64,000 nucleotides of DNA from an uncultured Chloroflexia bacterium (GCA_963779575.1 CAVZYT010000005.1:435440-499439), one strand, 5' to 3'. Shown: positions 12,289 through 23,022, counted from the stretch's first letter. The notes: generated by a model not told the origin, from the letters alone. Program-made: numbers and translations.

Positions 12289-12631
12289 GCCTCGTGCGTG
12301 CGCGCGGCCTCGGCGTAACCTCAAATCGGAGGTGCGAACCCCAAGGCATACGCGTACCATGCGTGGTCCGGCGGAGTGACAGGAGCGAGCCGGTGCTGCT
12401 GCGGCGGCGCACTGGCTCTCGAGGCCGCCAACAGGGGAGGTACGCCCAGAGGTTGGTCATTGACCCACCATCGGCATGCGGCGGCGCCGGCAGCGTCCCG
12501 TGTGCCACACGTCCGCGGGACGAGCGCGCAAGTCAGTGTTGCGCAAGGCCCTCGCCCCGGGCGCGACCAAGGACCCTGGTGTGCCGCAGGCACACCGAAC
12601 CGATGCAGCGCAACCCAAGGAGATGAGGCTC
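12289..12631 (+). other. 343-bp non-coding leader with GC-rich hairpins upstream of the DUF1269 gene
   Basis: No ORF with protein-like composition. Hairpins include GAGCCGGTGC..GCACTGGCTC (about 12388-12420) and GGTGTGCC-gca-GGCACACC (about 12578-12596). AAGGAG lies 8 nt before ATG 12632. Confidence 0.35.
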
Positions 12632-13831
12632 ATGAGCGACAACGAGCAGGCTCACACGACCCTGGCGGCGTTCACCGTCGACAGCGGTGACGCCGCGCGA
12701 CGCCTCCTCAAGGCGGTCCAGCGCGTCGACGAGGCCAACGACAACGTGAAGATCGTCGATGCGGCGGTCGTGGACCGGGGTCGGTTCGGCCGGATCAGCG
12801 TCCACCAGACGACCGACCGGGGCGCGCTCAAGAGCGGCGTCCGCGTCGGCACCCTCGGCGTCATCGTCGGGGCGATCGTCGCCGGACCCGCGGGTGCCGT
12901 CGCCATGGGCGCGGCCGGCGGCGTCCTCGGGGGCCTGCGCGGCGGGATCCACGACACCGGGATCGACGACAAGTTCATGCGGTCGGTCTGCGAAGGAGAT
13001 CGAGAAGAAGAAGAGCGCCGTGTTCGTCCTGTACGAGGGCAGCTGGGAGCACTCGATCGGCCTCATCGAGCAGGCGATCACCGACGAGCACGCCGTGCTG
13101 TTCAACAGCACGCTCACCGCCGAGAAGGCCGCGGCGCTGCAGGCCCTCGTGGAGCCTGCCGTCGAGGCGCTGGGCGGCGAAGAGGTCGCCGCGGACTACG
13201 AGCTCGAGGTCGCGGAGACCCCCGAGGCAGCGCCCGATGAGCCGCCGCGCCGGTGGAGGCGGCCGCGCCCGAGCCCGAGCCGGTGGCGGCTGTCGCGCCG
13301 GCCGGCCGGCCGACGACCTGACCCAGCTCGTGGGCGTCGGGCCCAAGGCCTCGGCGGCCCTCGCCGCGGCCGGGATCACGACCTACGCGGCGCTCGCCGA
13401 GCTGAACGAGCCGCAGGTGCGGCACGCGCTGCACGATGGCCGACATGGTGCCGCCCGCCAACGTGGCGTCGTGGCCGATGCAGGCCAGCCTCGCCTCCAA
13501 GGGCGACTGGCAGGGCCTGATGAAGTACAACACCCACGCGGCCAAGTCGCGACCCGCCCCGCAGAAGGCGGCGGCGGCGTGGCCGTCGCCGAGCCGACCG
13601 AAGACCTGACGCAGATCAAGGGCATCGGGCCGCGGATCGCGTCGATCCTCAACGACGGCGGGATCACCAACTACGCCCAGCTCGAGCACGCGAACGGCGG
13701 CGACCTGCGCCAGATCATCGCCACCGGCGGTGCCCTGCCGCCCGGCCACCATCGACAGCTGGCCGACCCAGGCCTCCTACGCCAGCCGTGGCGACTGGGC
13801 AGGCCTCGCGGCGTACAACAACAGCCACTGA
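12632..13831 (+). pseudogene. DUF1269-type glycine-zipper membrane protein fused to two helix-hairpin-helix repeats; at least 5 frame changes
   Basis: N-terminus TLAAFTVDSGDAARRLLKAV...VKIVDAAVVDR, Gly-zipper GVIVGAIVAGPAGAVAMGAAGGVLGGL, then KKKSAVFVLYEGSWEHSIG. Two copies of DDLTQ(L/I)(V/K)G(V/I)GP(K/R).A..L...GIT.YA.LA ... SWP.QAS.AS.GDW. The final residues AAYNNSH end at the stop at 13829-13831. Confidence 0.7.
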
Positions 13832-13839
13832 CGTCCGCT

Positions 13840-13878
13840 CCGGGACGCGGCCCGCGCAGCCGCGGCGCCGCGTCCCGG
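13840..13878. terminator. long GC hairpin between convergent genes
   Basis: CCGGGACGCGGC...GCCGCGTCCCGG (12 bp) enclosing CCGCG-cagc-CGCGG; no U tract. Confidence 0.45.
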
Positions 13879-13918
13879 ATCGGCCGAGGCGGCCCGACCA
13901 CGCGCTGGATCGGCGCCT

Positions 13919-14755
13919 TCAGCCGGTCCCGACCGACGCGAGGTCCTCGTCGCTCGCGCCGAGGGTCCAGGCCTCGACGTCGTCCACCTTGACGAAGCCG
14001 AGGGACTCATACAGCGGCCGGCCCGCCGGCGTCGACCACAGCAGCACTTCGGCGCTGCCCGCGTCGTCGCCGTCTTGTGCGAGAGCGCGGGTCAGGAGCG
14101 TTGCGGCGGCCCCGCGCCGCCGGTGCGCCGGGTCGGTGTTCATGTCGAACACGCCGAGCGTGCCCTCGACGCGCGTCACGTAGACGCCGGCGATCGCCGT
14201 GTCGCCGTCCCAGGCCAGGTACGCCGCCACGTCGGGTCCAGCGAGCAGCGCGGCGCCGCCCATGGCGAGGGTGGCGTCGTCCGTGTAGCCATGCGCCGTC
14301 TCGAAGACCCGGCGCATTGCGGCGTGATCGTCCGCCGACCGCACGCGGCGAACGTCGAACGGGCTCTCGCGGATCGCCGGCAACCGCCCAGAGCGATACA
14401 GGCCCTCGGGCTCACGGGCCTTGAGGAACCCGGCACGGGCGAGGGCGGCCCGCACCGACGACCCGTCGCGCAACGAGGCCGAGACGGCGAGCAGGCACGG
14501 GACGGCATGCGACGTGGCCGCCTCGGCGATCGCCACCGCGTCCGCGTCGGTCGCGCCTGAGAACAGCGCGGCCTGGTTCATGTCGACATGGGGCGCCCCG
14601 GACAGCACGATGAACGAGGCTTCGCCGTGCGCCGTGAACCGTGCGGGGCCGGCCCGCAGGTGGATCGCAGCGTGCCGCCCATACATCCGCCACATGGCTG
14701 CCACATCCATCGCCAGAGCATAGGTGCGGGGCCCGATGCATGATGGCCGGGTCAA
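13919..14755 (-). CDS. GNAT family N-acetyltransferase
   Basis: C-terminal half AGVYVTRVEGTLGVFDMNTDPAHRRRGAATLLTRAL...LLWSTPAGRPLYESLGF (acetyl-CoA-binding motif A). The start may be the internal ATG at 14710. Confidence 0.8.
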   Translation of the reverse strand: MTRPSCIGPRTYALAMDVAAMWRMYGRHAAIHLRAGPARFTAHGEASFIVLSGAPHVDMNQAALFSGATDADAVAIAEAATSHAVPCLLAVSASLRDGSSVRAALARAGFLKAREPEGLYRSGRLPAIRESPFDVRRVRSADDHAAMRRVFETAHGYTDDATLAMGGAALLAGPDVAAYLAWDGDTAIAGVYVTRVEGTLGVFDMNTDPAHRRRGAAATLLTRALAQDGDDAGSAEVLLWSTPAGRPLYESLGFVKVDDVEAWTLGASDEDLASVGTG

Positions 14756-14776
14756 CCGCGCGCACGGAGGCCATGG

Positions 14777-15637
14777 ATGCCGCGACTGCAGGCCAAGAGC
14801 TTTGGCGACACCGACGACGTCAGGACCATGCCGATGATCCGGGTCGAGTCCGTCGCGCTCGACGAGGCGACCGTCGGCCTCTGCCGGTTCGAGCCGGGCT
14901 GGCGCTGGTCGGAGAGCATGGCCCCGATCCTCGGCGTGTCCTCATGCCCCATGCGACACCTGGGCTACACGATGTCGGGCACGATGCACGTGGTCATGGA
15001 CGACGGCCAGACGCTCGACATCGGGCAGAACGAGGTCTTTGACATCCCACCGGGCCACGACAAGTGGGTCGTCGGCGACGAGGCGTGCGTCTCGATCGAG
15101 TGGGGCGGCAGCGGGCGCGCGATGCGTCAGGCCCTCGAGGATTCCCCGGGGCGGATGCTCGCGACCGTCGTGTTCACCGACATCGTCGACTCGACAACGC
15201 GGCTGCGCGAGGCCGGCGACGCCGCGTGGCGCGACCTGCTGACGGCGCACAACGCTCGCCTGCGCGAGCAGCTGAATGTGTTTCGCGGCCGCGAGGTGAA
15301 CACCACCGGCGACGGTTTCCTGGCGATCTTCGACAGCCCCACCCGCGCGGTCCGGTGCGCGACCTCGATGGTCGCCGCGAGCCGCGCCATGGGGATCGAG
15401 ATCCGGGCCGGGTTGCACACCGGCGACGTCGAGCTGGTCGGCGACGACGTCCGCGGGATCGCCGTCCACGTCGCAGCGCGCGTCATCGCGCTGGGCGGTC
15501 CGGGCGACGTCATGCTCACGACCACGACCGCGGACCTCGTGGAGGGGTCGGGGCTGCAGCTCGAGGACGCCGGCTCCCACGAGCTCAAGGGCCTTACCGG
15601 GACGCGCCAGGTCTGGCGGGTCGTCGGAATCGGCTAG
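14777..15637 (+). CDS. cupin domain fused to a class III adenylate/guanylate cyclase
   Basis: N-terminal cupin-like region (GYTMSGTMHVVMDDGQTLDIGQNEVFDIPPGHDKWV), then VVFTDIVDSTT...NTTGDGFLAIFDSP...IRAGLHTGDVE...GIAVHVAARV. Confidence 0.85.
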   Translation: MPRLQAKSFGDTDDVRTMPMIRVESVALDEATVGLCRFEPGWRWSESMAPILGVSSCPMRHLGYTMSGTMHVVMDDGQTLDIGQNEVFDIPPGHDKWVVGDEACVSIEWGGSGRAMRQALEDSPGRMLATVVFTDIVDSTTRLREAGDAAWRDLLTAHNARLREQLNVFRGREVNTTGDGFLAIFDSPTRAVRCATSMVAASRAMGIEIRAGLHTGDVELVGDDVRGIAVHVAARVIALGGPGDVMLTTTTADLVEGSGLQLEDAGSHELKGLTGTRQVWRVVGIG

Positions 15638-15667
15638 CCCGCTCGACCACGGCGTCGTGCCGCGGCG

Positions 15668-16272
15668 CTACTCGGAGAAGCGCTCTTCCTTCCACGGGTC
15701 GGCGTCGTTGTTGTAGCCGTAGCGCTCCCAGAAGCCGGGCATGTCGTGGCTCAGGAGCTCGAGGCTGCGGAGCCACTTCGGGCCCCTTCCAGAAGTAGCG
15801 CTTCGGGACGATCAGCCGCATCGGGTAGCCGTGGTCGGCCTCGAGCGGCGTTGCCCTCGAACGTGTCCGCGAGCAGCACGTCGTCGTCGTCCAGCACCGA
15901 CAGCGGCACGTTGGCCGTGTAGCCCTGCTCGGCGTGGCCGACGACGTGGGTCGCGGACGGCCGGACCCCGGCGAGCTCGAGGATCGTCTGGATCGCGACG
16001 CCCTCCCAGTGGGTGTCGAGCTTCGACCAGCGGGTGACGCAGTGGATGTCGGTCGTGACCTGCTTGCGCGGCAGCGCCTTGAACTCGTCCCACGTGAAGC
16101 GCAGCGGGGTGTCGACCTCGCCGTAGACCTTGAAGTCCCAGGTCGCGAGGTCGACCTTGGGCACGCTCCCGTAGTGGAGGACCGGGAACTTCTCGGTGAC
16201 GTACTGGCCGGGCGGGACGCGGCCGGCGAGGGCGGGATCATCGCGACGATCCCCGAACAGTCGCTCGAACAT
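15668..16272 (-). CDS. sulfite oxidase-like molybdopterin oxidoreductase (small SUOX/YedY-type); two frameshifts (about 15850 and 15782)
   Basis: MFERLFG...FPVLHYGSVPKVDLATWDFKVYGEV...DIHCVTRWSKLDTHWEGV, then LEADHGYPMRLIVPKRYFWKG, then KWLRSLELLSHDMPGFWERYGYNNDADPWKEERFSE, in three frames. Confidence 0.8.
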
Positions 16273-16438
16273 GCTGATCTCCGATTGCGGGCGTGGGCGC
16301 CCGCGGTCAGGGTGCCAGATGGATTGGCCCAACGATACCCACGATTCGTGACGGGTCTGCGACGCCGGCTACCGATGCCGCTCGCCCCGGACCTTCGGCG
16401 GGTCTCCCGGTTGTGGGCCGAGGCACTACCCTGTGCGG

Positions 16439-17209
16439 ATGCCGGACAAGCCGCGGGTCGTGATCGTCATGCCCGCGTACAACGCCGCCCGCACGCTCGA
16501 GCGCACGTATGACGACGTCCCCAAGGACCTCATCGACCACGTGATCCTCGTCGACGACGTGTCGAAGGACGAGACCGTGGAGATCGCCAAGCGCCTCGGG
16601 CTCGAGGTGATCGTCCATCGCCAGAACCTGGGCTACGGCGGCAACCAGAAGACGTGCTACGACCGGGCGCTCGAGTGGGGCGCCGACGTCGTCGTGATGC
16701 TCCATCCCGACTACCAGTACGACGCGACGCGGATCCCCGAGCTGGTCGCCCCGATCCTCGCGGGCGAGGCGGACCTCGTGCTCGGCAGCCGGTTCCTGGG
16801 TGACCCGATCGCCGGCGGCATGCCCAAGTGGAAGTACGTCTCGAACCGCTTCCTCACCGGCGTCGAGAACGCGGCGTTCGGCCTCCACCTGTCCGAGTAC
16901 CACACGGGCCTGCGCGCCTACAGCCGGCGCCTGCTCGAGGTGATCCCGTACCAGCTGAACTCCAACGACTTCGTGTTCGACCAGGAGCTGATCGCCCAGG
17001 TCGTCGCGGTGGGCGGGCTCGGCGTCGACGAGATCGCCGTCCCGACGCGCTACTTCGAGGAGGCGAGCTCGGTCGGCTTCCGGCGCAGCGTGGTCTACGG
17101 GCTCTCGACGCTCCGGGTGGTCGCGCGCTACCTGCTCCACCGGACCGGGATCCGGCGGTCGCCCAAGCTGCTCCCTCGATCGCAGACGCGCGAGCCCGGC
17201 ACCGCCTGA
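16439..17209 (+). CDS. family 2 glycosyltransferase
   Basis: VVIVMPAYNAARTLERT...ILVDDVSKDETV...GYGGNQKTCY..., DxD-type GT-A pattern. GTG 16433 is an alternative start. Confidence 0.85.
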   Translation: MPDKPRVVIVMPAYNAARTLERTYDDVPKDLIDHVILVDDVSKDETVEIAKRLGLEVIVHRQNLGYGGNQKTCYDRALEWGADVVVMLHPDYQYDATRIPELVAPILAGEADLVLGSRFLGDPIAGGMPKWKYVSNRFLTGVENAAFGLHLSEYHTGLRAYSRRLLEVIPYQLNSNDFVFDQELIAQVVAVGGLGVDEIAVPTRYFEEASSVGFRRSVVYGLSTLRVVARYLLHRTGIRRSPKLLPRSQTREPGTA

Positions 17210-17210
17210 C

Positions 17211-18201
17211 GTGCGCTACCTGCGGGGCGGCCTGGGGCGCGCGGCGCTCGGGCTCGTCATCTCGGCGGTCGCCCTCGTGCTGGTCGTCCGCACGGTCGAC
17301 GTCGAGGCGGCGTGGCAGACGCTCAAGACCGCGCAGCCGCAGTGGATCGCGCTGCTGTTCGTGTTCGTCGTCGCGGACGTCGTGTTCCGCGCGTTCCGCT
17401 GGCGCGTGCTGCTCTCGCCCCTCGCCAACGTCCCCACCGGCACGACGATGGCGTCGCTGCTGGTCGGCTACCTCGCCAACAACGTCCTGCCGGCGCGTCT
17501 CGGCGAGTTCGTCCGGGCCCACGACCTGGGCCAGCGCACGACGATCTCGCGCTCGGCGATCCTGGGCACCATCGTCATCGAGCGCGTCGTCGACACGTTC
17601 GTCGTCGTCGCCATCGCCTCGATCGCCATCCTCGTCCTTTCGGTGCGCGGGATCGTCGCGTCCGCAGTCCTCGCCGGGCTCGCTGTGACGGCCCTGCTGG
17701 TCGTCGGGGTCGCCGCCGGGATCGCCGCGCACCGGCTGCCGGGGGCGACCCGGGTGGCCGCATTCCTCGACCGCTGGCCGCGGGTGCGGGCGGCCCTCAC
17801 CCGCCTGCGCGAGGGCCTGGCGGTGGCCAGCAACGCGCGGGTCGTGGGCATCGCCGTCGTCCTGTCGCTCGCGTCCTGGACGTGCACCGTGCTGGCGTTC
17901 GCGGCCGCGGCCCAGGCCGTGGGGGTCGAACCGACGATCGGGCAGGCGGCACTGCTCGCGGCGGGGACGAACCTCGCGACGGCGATCCCGGCGGGGCCGG
18001 GCTACGTCGGCACGTTCGAGCTCGCGGTGATCACGATCGCGGGGTCGGTGGGCATCGAGCAAGACGTCCGCCCTCGCGTTCGGGCTGCTCGTCCACCTCG
18101 CGACGCTGCTGGTGACCTCGATCGGCGGCGCGATCGTCCTGATCTTCGGCGGCCGCGGGCGCCGGCCAGACGCTCCCGGCGAGGACGCGTCGACCGTATG
18201 A
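17211..18201 (+). CDS. flippase-like membrane protein (lysylphosphatidylglycerol synthase TM region / UPF0104 family); one frameshift near 18065
   Basis: GTG lies 1 nt after the GT2 stop. FRAFRWRVLL...YLANNVLPARLGEFVRA...; the last helix LAFGLLVHLATLLVTSIGGAIVLIFGG is in another frame, with the stop at 18199-18201. Confidence 0.75.
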
Positions 18202-18207
18202 CATGGA

Positions 18208-18232
18208 AAGGCCCCGGCGGTGCCGGGGCCTT
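18208..18232. terminator. hairpin between convergent genes
   Basis: AAGGCCCCGG-cggtg-CCGGGGCCTT, perfect 10-bp stem. Confidence 0.5.
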
Positions 18233-18263
18233 CGTGCGTGGCGGGGCGGGTGACCCGGGCGCG

Positions 18264-19307
18264 CTACGGCGCCGGATTCGCCAGGTCGCTGAGGTTGGTG
18301 AGGGAGTACTGGGTCGCGGTGTCCGTGGTGACGGCGAACCCGTTCTGGTCGGTGGCCGAGGCCGGGTCGAGCGCGACGAGCCCGAGGGGCGCGAGGCGCT
18401 CGTTGAGCTTGGCCGTGGTCGCAGCCGCGTCGGTGGTCGCCTCGCCGGCCCCCTTGTTCACGTACTCGAGGGCGGTGGCGGCGTACTCGACGAGGAGGTC
18501 GATATCGCCCTTCTGCAGGGCCGGAAACACGACCTCGCGGGCGCCGAGCTGGAACTTGCGGTCGACGGTGAACCCGTTGGCCTCGAGGACCTGGGCGAAC
18601 ACCTCCGCCAGGACCTCCTGCTCGTAGAAGTTGGTGGAGCCGACGGTCACCTTCTGGTTCCTGCTGGGAACTGCCGCGGCCGGCAGCAGGGCGTTGTCGG
18701 TCAGCCACTTCTTGGCGGCATCGGCCGACGTCTCGCCGTCGACGGTGACCGCCTTGTTGAGGGCCGTGAGCTCGCTCTGGGTCACCTCAGCGGAGACCGC
18801 GTTGAGGAGCGCCGCGACGTCAGGGTTGGCGTCGACGATCTTCTTGCTGATGATCGGGACCAGGTTGTCGGCCAGCTGCAGCTTCTTGTCGTCCTGGAGC
18901 AGCACGAACCCGTTGGTGGCATAGGCCGGGTCCGACGTCAGCAGCATGGCGACCTGGACATCGCCGTTCTTGAGCGCCTCGACCGTGAGGGGACCGGCCA
19001 CGTCGAGCGGCTTGAAGTCCTTGAATGTGAGGCCGTAGGTCTTCTCGAGTCCCTGCTGGCAGAACGGACGCGTTGGACACTCGGGGGGGCCACCCAGCAC
19101 GAGCTGGCTGGCGATTGACGGTCCGGCGCTCGCGGGTGCGCTGCCGGTCAGGCTCGGGGGTTCGGTCGCCGGCGCAACGCTGGCCGGTGCCGAGGCTCCC
19201 GCGGCCGAGGTGGCCGCCGGTGCTGAGCTGCTCCCACCCGACGAGCACGCGCTCACGAGGAGCACGAGCGACGTCGCCCCGAGGGCAGCCATGCGGGTCA
19301 TCCGCAT
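18264..19307 (-). CDS. glycine betaine/choline-type ABC transporter substrate-binding lipoprotein
   Basis: Lipobox LLVSAC; QLVLGGPPECPTRPFCQQGLEKTYGL, VTVGSTNFYEQEVLAEVFAQVLEANGF, FPALQKGDIDLLVEY, typical of the OpuBC/OpuCC family. Confidence 0.85.
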   Translation of the reverse strand: MRMTRMAALGATSLVLLVSACSSGGSSSAPAATSAAGASAPASVAPATEPPSLTGSAPASAGPSIASQLVLGGPPECPTRPFCQQGLEKTYGLTFKDFKPLDVAGPLTVEALKNGDVQVAMLLTSDPAYATNGFVLLQDDKKLQLADNLVPIISKKIVDANPDVAALLNAVSAEVTQSELTALNKAVTVDGETSADAAKKWLTDNALLPAAAVPSRNQKVTVGSTNFYEQEVLAEVFAQVLEANGFTVDRKFQLGAREVVFPALQKGDIDLLVEYAATALEYVNKGAGEATTDAAATTAKLNERLAPLGLVALDPASATDQNGFAVTTDTATQYSLTNLSDLANPAP

Positions 19308-19441
19308 TGGGTCCTCCTTCTATGAACTCCCGCACCGCAACACACGGTGATCGGGCTCCGAGATGCTACCTGCTGTTCGTGTTCGGACCTGACAGGATTT
19401 CAGTTCGACTCGGGGTCCGCCGCGTTACAACGGCGTGACGG

Positions 19442-20149
19442 TCAGGTCGAGGCGGGCGGCGGCACGATGTCCGCCGGGCGCTCGGCGCCGGCCGCGAGGA
19501 CCGCGCGCAGGCCAGGCGAGACCGCGCGGTGCTCGAGGATCGTCATCAGGCGCTCCGTCAGGATCGCGAGCAGTGCGACGAGGATCGCCCCGCCGACCAG
19601 CATCGGCGTGTCCTGCTGGGCGAAGCCGTCGACGATGAACCGGCCCAGCGCCCCGCCGGCGACGAGCGCCGCCAGCGTCGCCGTCGCCACCACCTGGACC
19701 GACGCGATCCTGACCCCCGCGAGGATCACCGGCAGTGCCAGGGGAAGCTCGACGTGGCGCAGGATCTGGCGCTCCTGCATCCCCATGCCGCGACCCGCCT
19801 CGACCAGGTCCCGGTCGACGCCCTGCAGCCCGGCATAGGTGTTGGTCAGGATCGGCGGCAGCGACAGCAGCACGAGCGCCGCCAGCGCGTTCCAGAACCC
19901 GATCCCGAGCAGCGGGACGAAGATGACGAGCAGCGCGTAGGAGGGAACGGCGCGCCCGAGGTTGCCGATCGCGACGGCGGCGCCCGCTCCTTTGCCGGTG
20001 TGACCGATGAACAGCCCGACCGGGATCGCGATCAGGCAGCCGATGAGGATGGCCAGCGCGGCGAGCTCGATGTGCTCGACGACGCGGTTCGGAATGCCAT
20101 GCGTCCCCGACCAGTTGGCGGGATCCCCGAACCAGCCGATGACCTCCAT
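19442..20149 (-). CDS. osmoprotectant ABC transporter permease
   Basis: MEVIGWF... with the EAA-type loop GVDRDLVEAGRGMGMQERQILRHVELPLALP. The start ATG overlaps the upstream stop (ATGA). Confidence 0.85.
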   Translation of the reverse strand: MEVIGWFGDPANWSGTHGIPNRVVEHIELAALAILIGCLIAIPVGLFIGHTGKGAGAAVAIGNLGRAVPSYALLVIFVPLLGIGFWNALAALVLLSLPPILTNTYAGLQGVDRDLVEAGRGMGMQERQILRHVELPLALPVILAGVRIASVQVVATATLAALVAGGALGRFIVDGFAQQDTPMLVGGAILVALLAILTERLMTILEHRAVSPGLRAVLAAGAERPADIVPPPAST

Positions 20150-20784
20150 CAGCGGCCGCTCCGCCGCGCCCACGGCGTCAGCAGGCGGCCGGTGAAGCCG
20201 AGGCCGCCATCGAGGACGATCGCGAGCACGATCATCACGACGAGGCTGGCGTAGACGAGCCCCCAGTTGCGGAGGCCGAAGCCGCGCAGCAGGACCTGGC
20301 CCAGGCCGCCCTCGCCGATCACGGCGGTGACCATCACCAGCCCGATCGTGGTCACGGTCGCGATCCGCAGTCCCGCGATGATCAGCGGCATCGCCAGCGG
20401 GAGCTCCACCCGCATCAGGCGTTGCATCCGGGTGTAGCCGAGGCCGTCGGCGGCCTCGAGGATGTCCGGCGAGATGCCGTCGATGCCCTGGAGCGTGTTC
20501 CGCACCAGGATCAGCAGCGTGTACGAGATCAGGCCGATCTCGGCCGAGAGCAGCGACAGCCCGGTGATCGGCACGAGGAACGCGAACAGGGCGAGGCTCG
20601 GGATCGTGTACAGCAGCCCGGCGCCGGCGATGATCGGGCCGCCGAGGCGGCGCCAGCGGACGATCAGCAGCGTGAGGATCAGGCTCAGGGCGAAGCCGAC
20701 GCCGATTGCGATCGCCGTGAGCACCAGGTGGTGGACGAGGCCGTCCGTCAGCAGGCCACCGTTGCGGCGCAGGAACTCCGCCAC
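20149..20784 (-). CDS. osmoprotectant ABC transporter permease
   Basis: ORF 20149-20784; GISPDILEAADGLGYTRMQRLMRVELPLAMP. Confidence 0.85.
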   Translation of the reverse strand: MAEFLRRNGGLLTDGLVHHLVLTAIAIGVGFALSLILTLLIVRWRRLGGPIIAGAGLLYTIPSLALFAFLVPITGLSLLSAEIGLISYTLLILVRNTLQGIDGISPDILEAADGLGYTRMQRLMRVELPLAMPLIIAGLRIATVTTIGLVMVTAVIGEGGLGQVLLRGFGLRNWGLVYASLVVMIVLAIVLDGGLGFTGRLLTPWARRSGR

Positions 20785-22028
20785 TCAGCCGTCCCCCGCC
20801 AGCGTCGCGGCCAGGTCTGCCTCGAATTCCTCCGCGAGCTCGGCGCCCGACGCGGGCGGGACGACGGCGTCCGATGGCCGCGCGGTGTCGCGCATGTAGG
20901 CGGCGATCTGGTCCACGTTGACGAGGCCGCGGTAGACGCCGTGGCGATCGACGACCACCCCGGCCTGGACGTCGCGATCGAGCAGCATCGAGAGCGCGTC
21001 CTTGAGCGTGGTCCGCCGGTCGAGCAGTGGCGAGGTCGTCTCGACGAGCTCTGCATCGAGCGTGCCCTCGCCCGGAATCTCGTCCCTCGCCGACCCAGCC
21101 CAGCGGCTTCCCGTCCGCGTCGAGCAGCAGGAGGTAGGCGAACGGGTCCGCGAGGGTCCTTCGCCGTGCATCGGCCGCGTCCTCGCCCACGCGTGCGGTC
21201 ACGGCCAGCGCGAGCTCGAGGTCGTTGACGCGGGTCAGCGACAGGCGCTTGAGCCCGCGATCCGCGCCCACGAACCGGGCGACGAACGGCGACGCGGGCG
21301 CGGCCAGGATCTCGGACGGCGGCCCGAACTGCTCGACGATCCCGCCGGTCCGGAACACGGCCACGAGGTCGCCCATCTTGATCGCCTCGTCGATGTCATG
21401 GGTGACGAACAGGATCGTCTTGGCCAGCTGCTCCTGGAGGCGCAGGAACTCGTTCTGGAGGCGTTCGCGCACGATCGGGTCGACGGCCCCGAACGGCTCG
21501 TCCATGAGCATGATCGGCGGATCGGCGGCGAGCGCCCGGGCCACGCCGACGCGCTGCCGCTCGCCACCGGACAGCTGGGCCGGGTAGCGGAGCGAGTAGT
21601 CCGCTGGGGTCGAGGCCGACGAGCGCGAGCAGCTCGTCCGCCCGCTCCTTGCGCCTGCTCCTTGACCAGCCGAGCAGGCGCGGGACCGTCTCCACGTTCT
21701 CGCCGATCGTCTGGTGGGGGAACAGGCCGGACTGCTGGATCACGTACCCGATCCCGCGCCGGAGGTCCGTCACGTTCCGCGTCGCTGCGTCGACGCCGTC
21801 GATCAGGATCCTGCCCGACGTCGGCTCGATGAGCCGGTTGACCATCTTGAGCGAGGTCGTCTTGCCGCAGCCCGACGGGCCGACGAGCACGCAGATCCGC
21901 CCGGCGGGCACCGTGAGCGAGAGGTCGTTGACCGCGCCCGGCGTGCCCTGCTTCGAGGCCTGCCCGTAGACCTTGGTGACGTGCTCGAACTCGACGGTCG
22001 CGGCGTGGGTCGTCGAGGCGCTGGTCAT
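20785..22028 (-). CDS. osmoprotectant ABC transporter ATP-binding protein with C-terminal CBS pair; two frameshifts (about 21590 and 21090)
   Basis: LVGPSGCGKTTSLKMVNRL (ORF 21396-22028), MLMDEPFGAVDP...LFVTHDIDEAIKMGD (frame of ORF 19442-21544), and the CBS-like LDRRTTLKDALSMLLDRDVQAGVVVDRHGVYRGLVNV (ORF 20785-21171). Confidence 0.85.
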
Positions 22029-22046
22029 CGGCGATCGCGCCGCGGG

Positions 22047-22998
22047 TCAGCCGCGGTCGACGAGCGGCTTCACCTGGCCGATGAACCGCTCGAGGGTCTC
22101 GTCGTCGTAGGGGGCCGGCTGCTCGGTGATCGCCGTCGTGAACCCGAGCTCGACGTACGGCAGGAGGCGCTCCGCGAGCTGCTCCGGGGTCCCGTTCCAG
22201 AACGTCGAGTCGTCCTCCAGGTCGGCGAGCGGCGTCCGGTTGTGCTCCATCGCCGCCTTCCAGACCCGCACGGCCTCGGCCTCGGAGTCCCGGACCGTGA
22301 CCTTGCAGCCAAGCGTGAACTCGATCTCGGCGGGATCGCGCCCGACGTCCTCGCAGTGCTGCTTCAGCACCGCGACCTTGTGGGTGACCACGTCGAGCGG
22401 GCCCCATGCCGTTCCACAGGTCGGCGTACTTGGCGACCGTGCGCAGGGTCTTCTTCTCGCCGCCGCCGCCGATCATGATCGGCAGGTGGGCCTGCACCGG
22501 CACCGGCGCGTGGCGCAGGTCGTTGAACTGGTAGTGCCCGCCCGGCGCCGACGTCACGGACTTGCCGTCGAGCAGGTCCCGGCAAGCGCCGACCGCCTCG
22601 TCGAGCCAGTCGAGCCGCTGCCCGAAACCGGTCCCGAAGTCGATCCCGTGGGCCGTGTGCTCGGGCTCCATCCAGGCCCCGCCGAGGCCGAGGATCGCGC
22701 GGCCGCCCGAGATGTGGTCGAGGGTCGACGCGAGCTTGGCCGCGAGGCCCGGGTTGCGGAACGTGTTGGCGCCGACGAGCAGGCCGACCTGCGTCTTCTC
22801 GGTCGCCACCGCCGCCGCCGACAGGCTCGCCCAGCCCTCGAAGATCGGCTGATACGGGTCGCCGAAGATCGCATACAGGTGGTCCCACGCCCAGAGGTGC
22901 GAGTACCCGAGCCTGTCGACCTTGCGGACCGCGTCGAGGTAGGACGGCCAGTCGGTGGCCTGGTTCCAGAGGAGAACGCCCAGCTTCACATCGTGCAT
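22047..22998 (-). CDS. LLM-class (luciferase-like) F420-dependent oxidoreductase; one frameshift near 22400
   Basis: GVLLWNQATDWPSYLDAVRKVDRLGYSHLWAWDHL...GLGGAWMEPEHTAHGIDFG...PIMIGGGGEKKTLRTVAKYADLWNG, then VTHKVAVLKQHCEDVGRDPAEIEFT... (ORF 22047-22391). Confidence 0.8.
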
Positions 22999-23022
22999 GC
23001 GGCTATCGTCGCACGCCGCACC

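Noticed and set aside
12289-12631. A known riboswitch in the long leader
   Set aside because: I could not match the conserved cores I know (TPP, cobalamin, SAM, glycine, ydaO/c-di-AMP, c-di-GMP). At this GC content hairpins arise easily. It is kept only as an unclassified leader.
19442-21544. A 700-aa ORF spanning the permease and ATPase genes
   Set aside because: It is a composite. The real permease (19442-20149) and part of the frameshifted ATPase share a frame, and the stretch between is out-of-frame read-through of the other permease gene.
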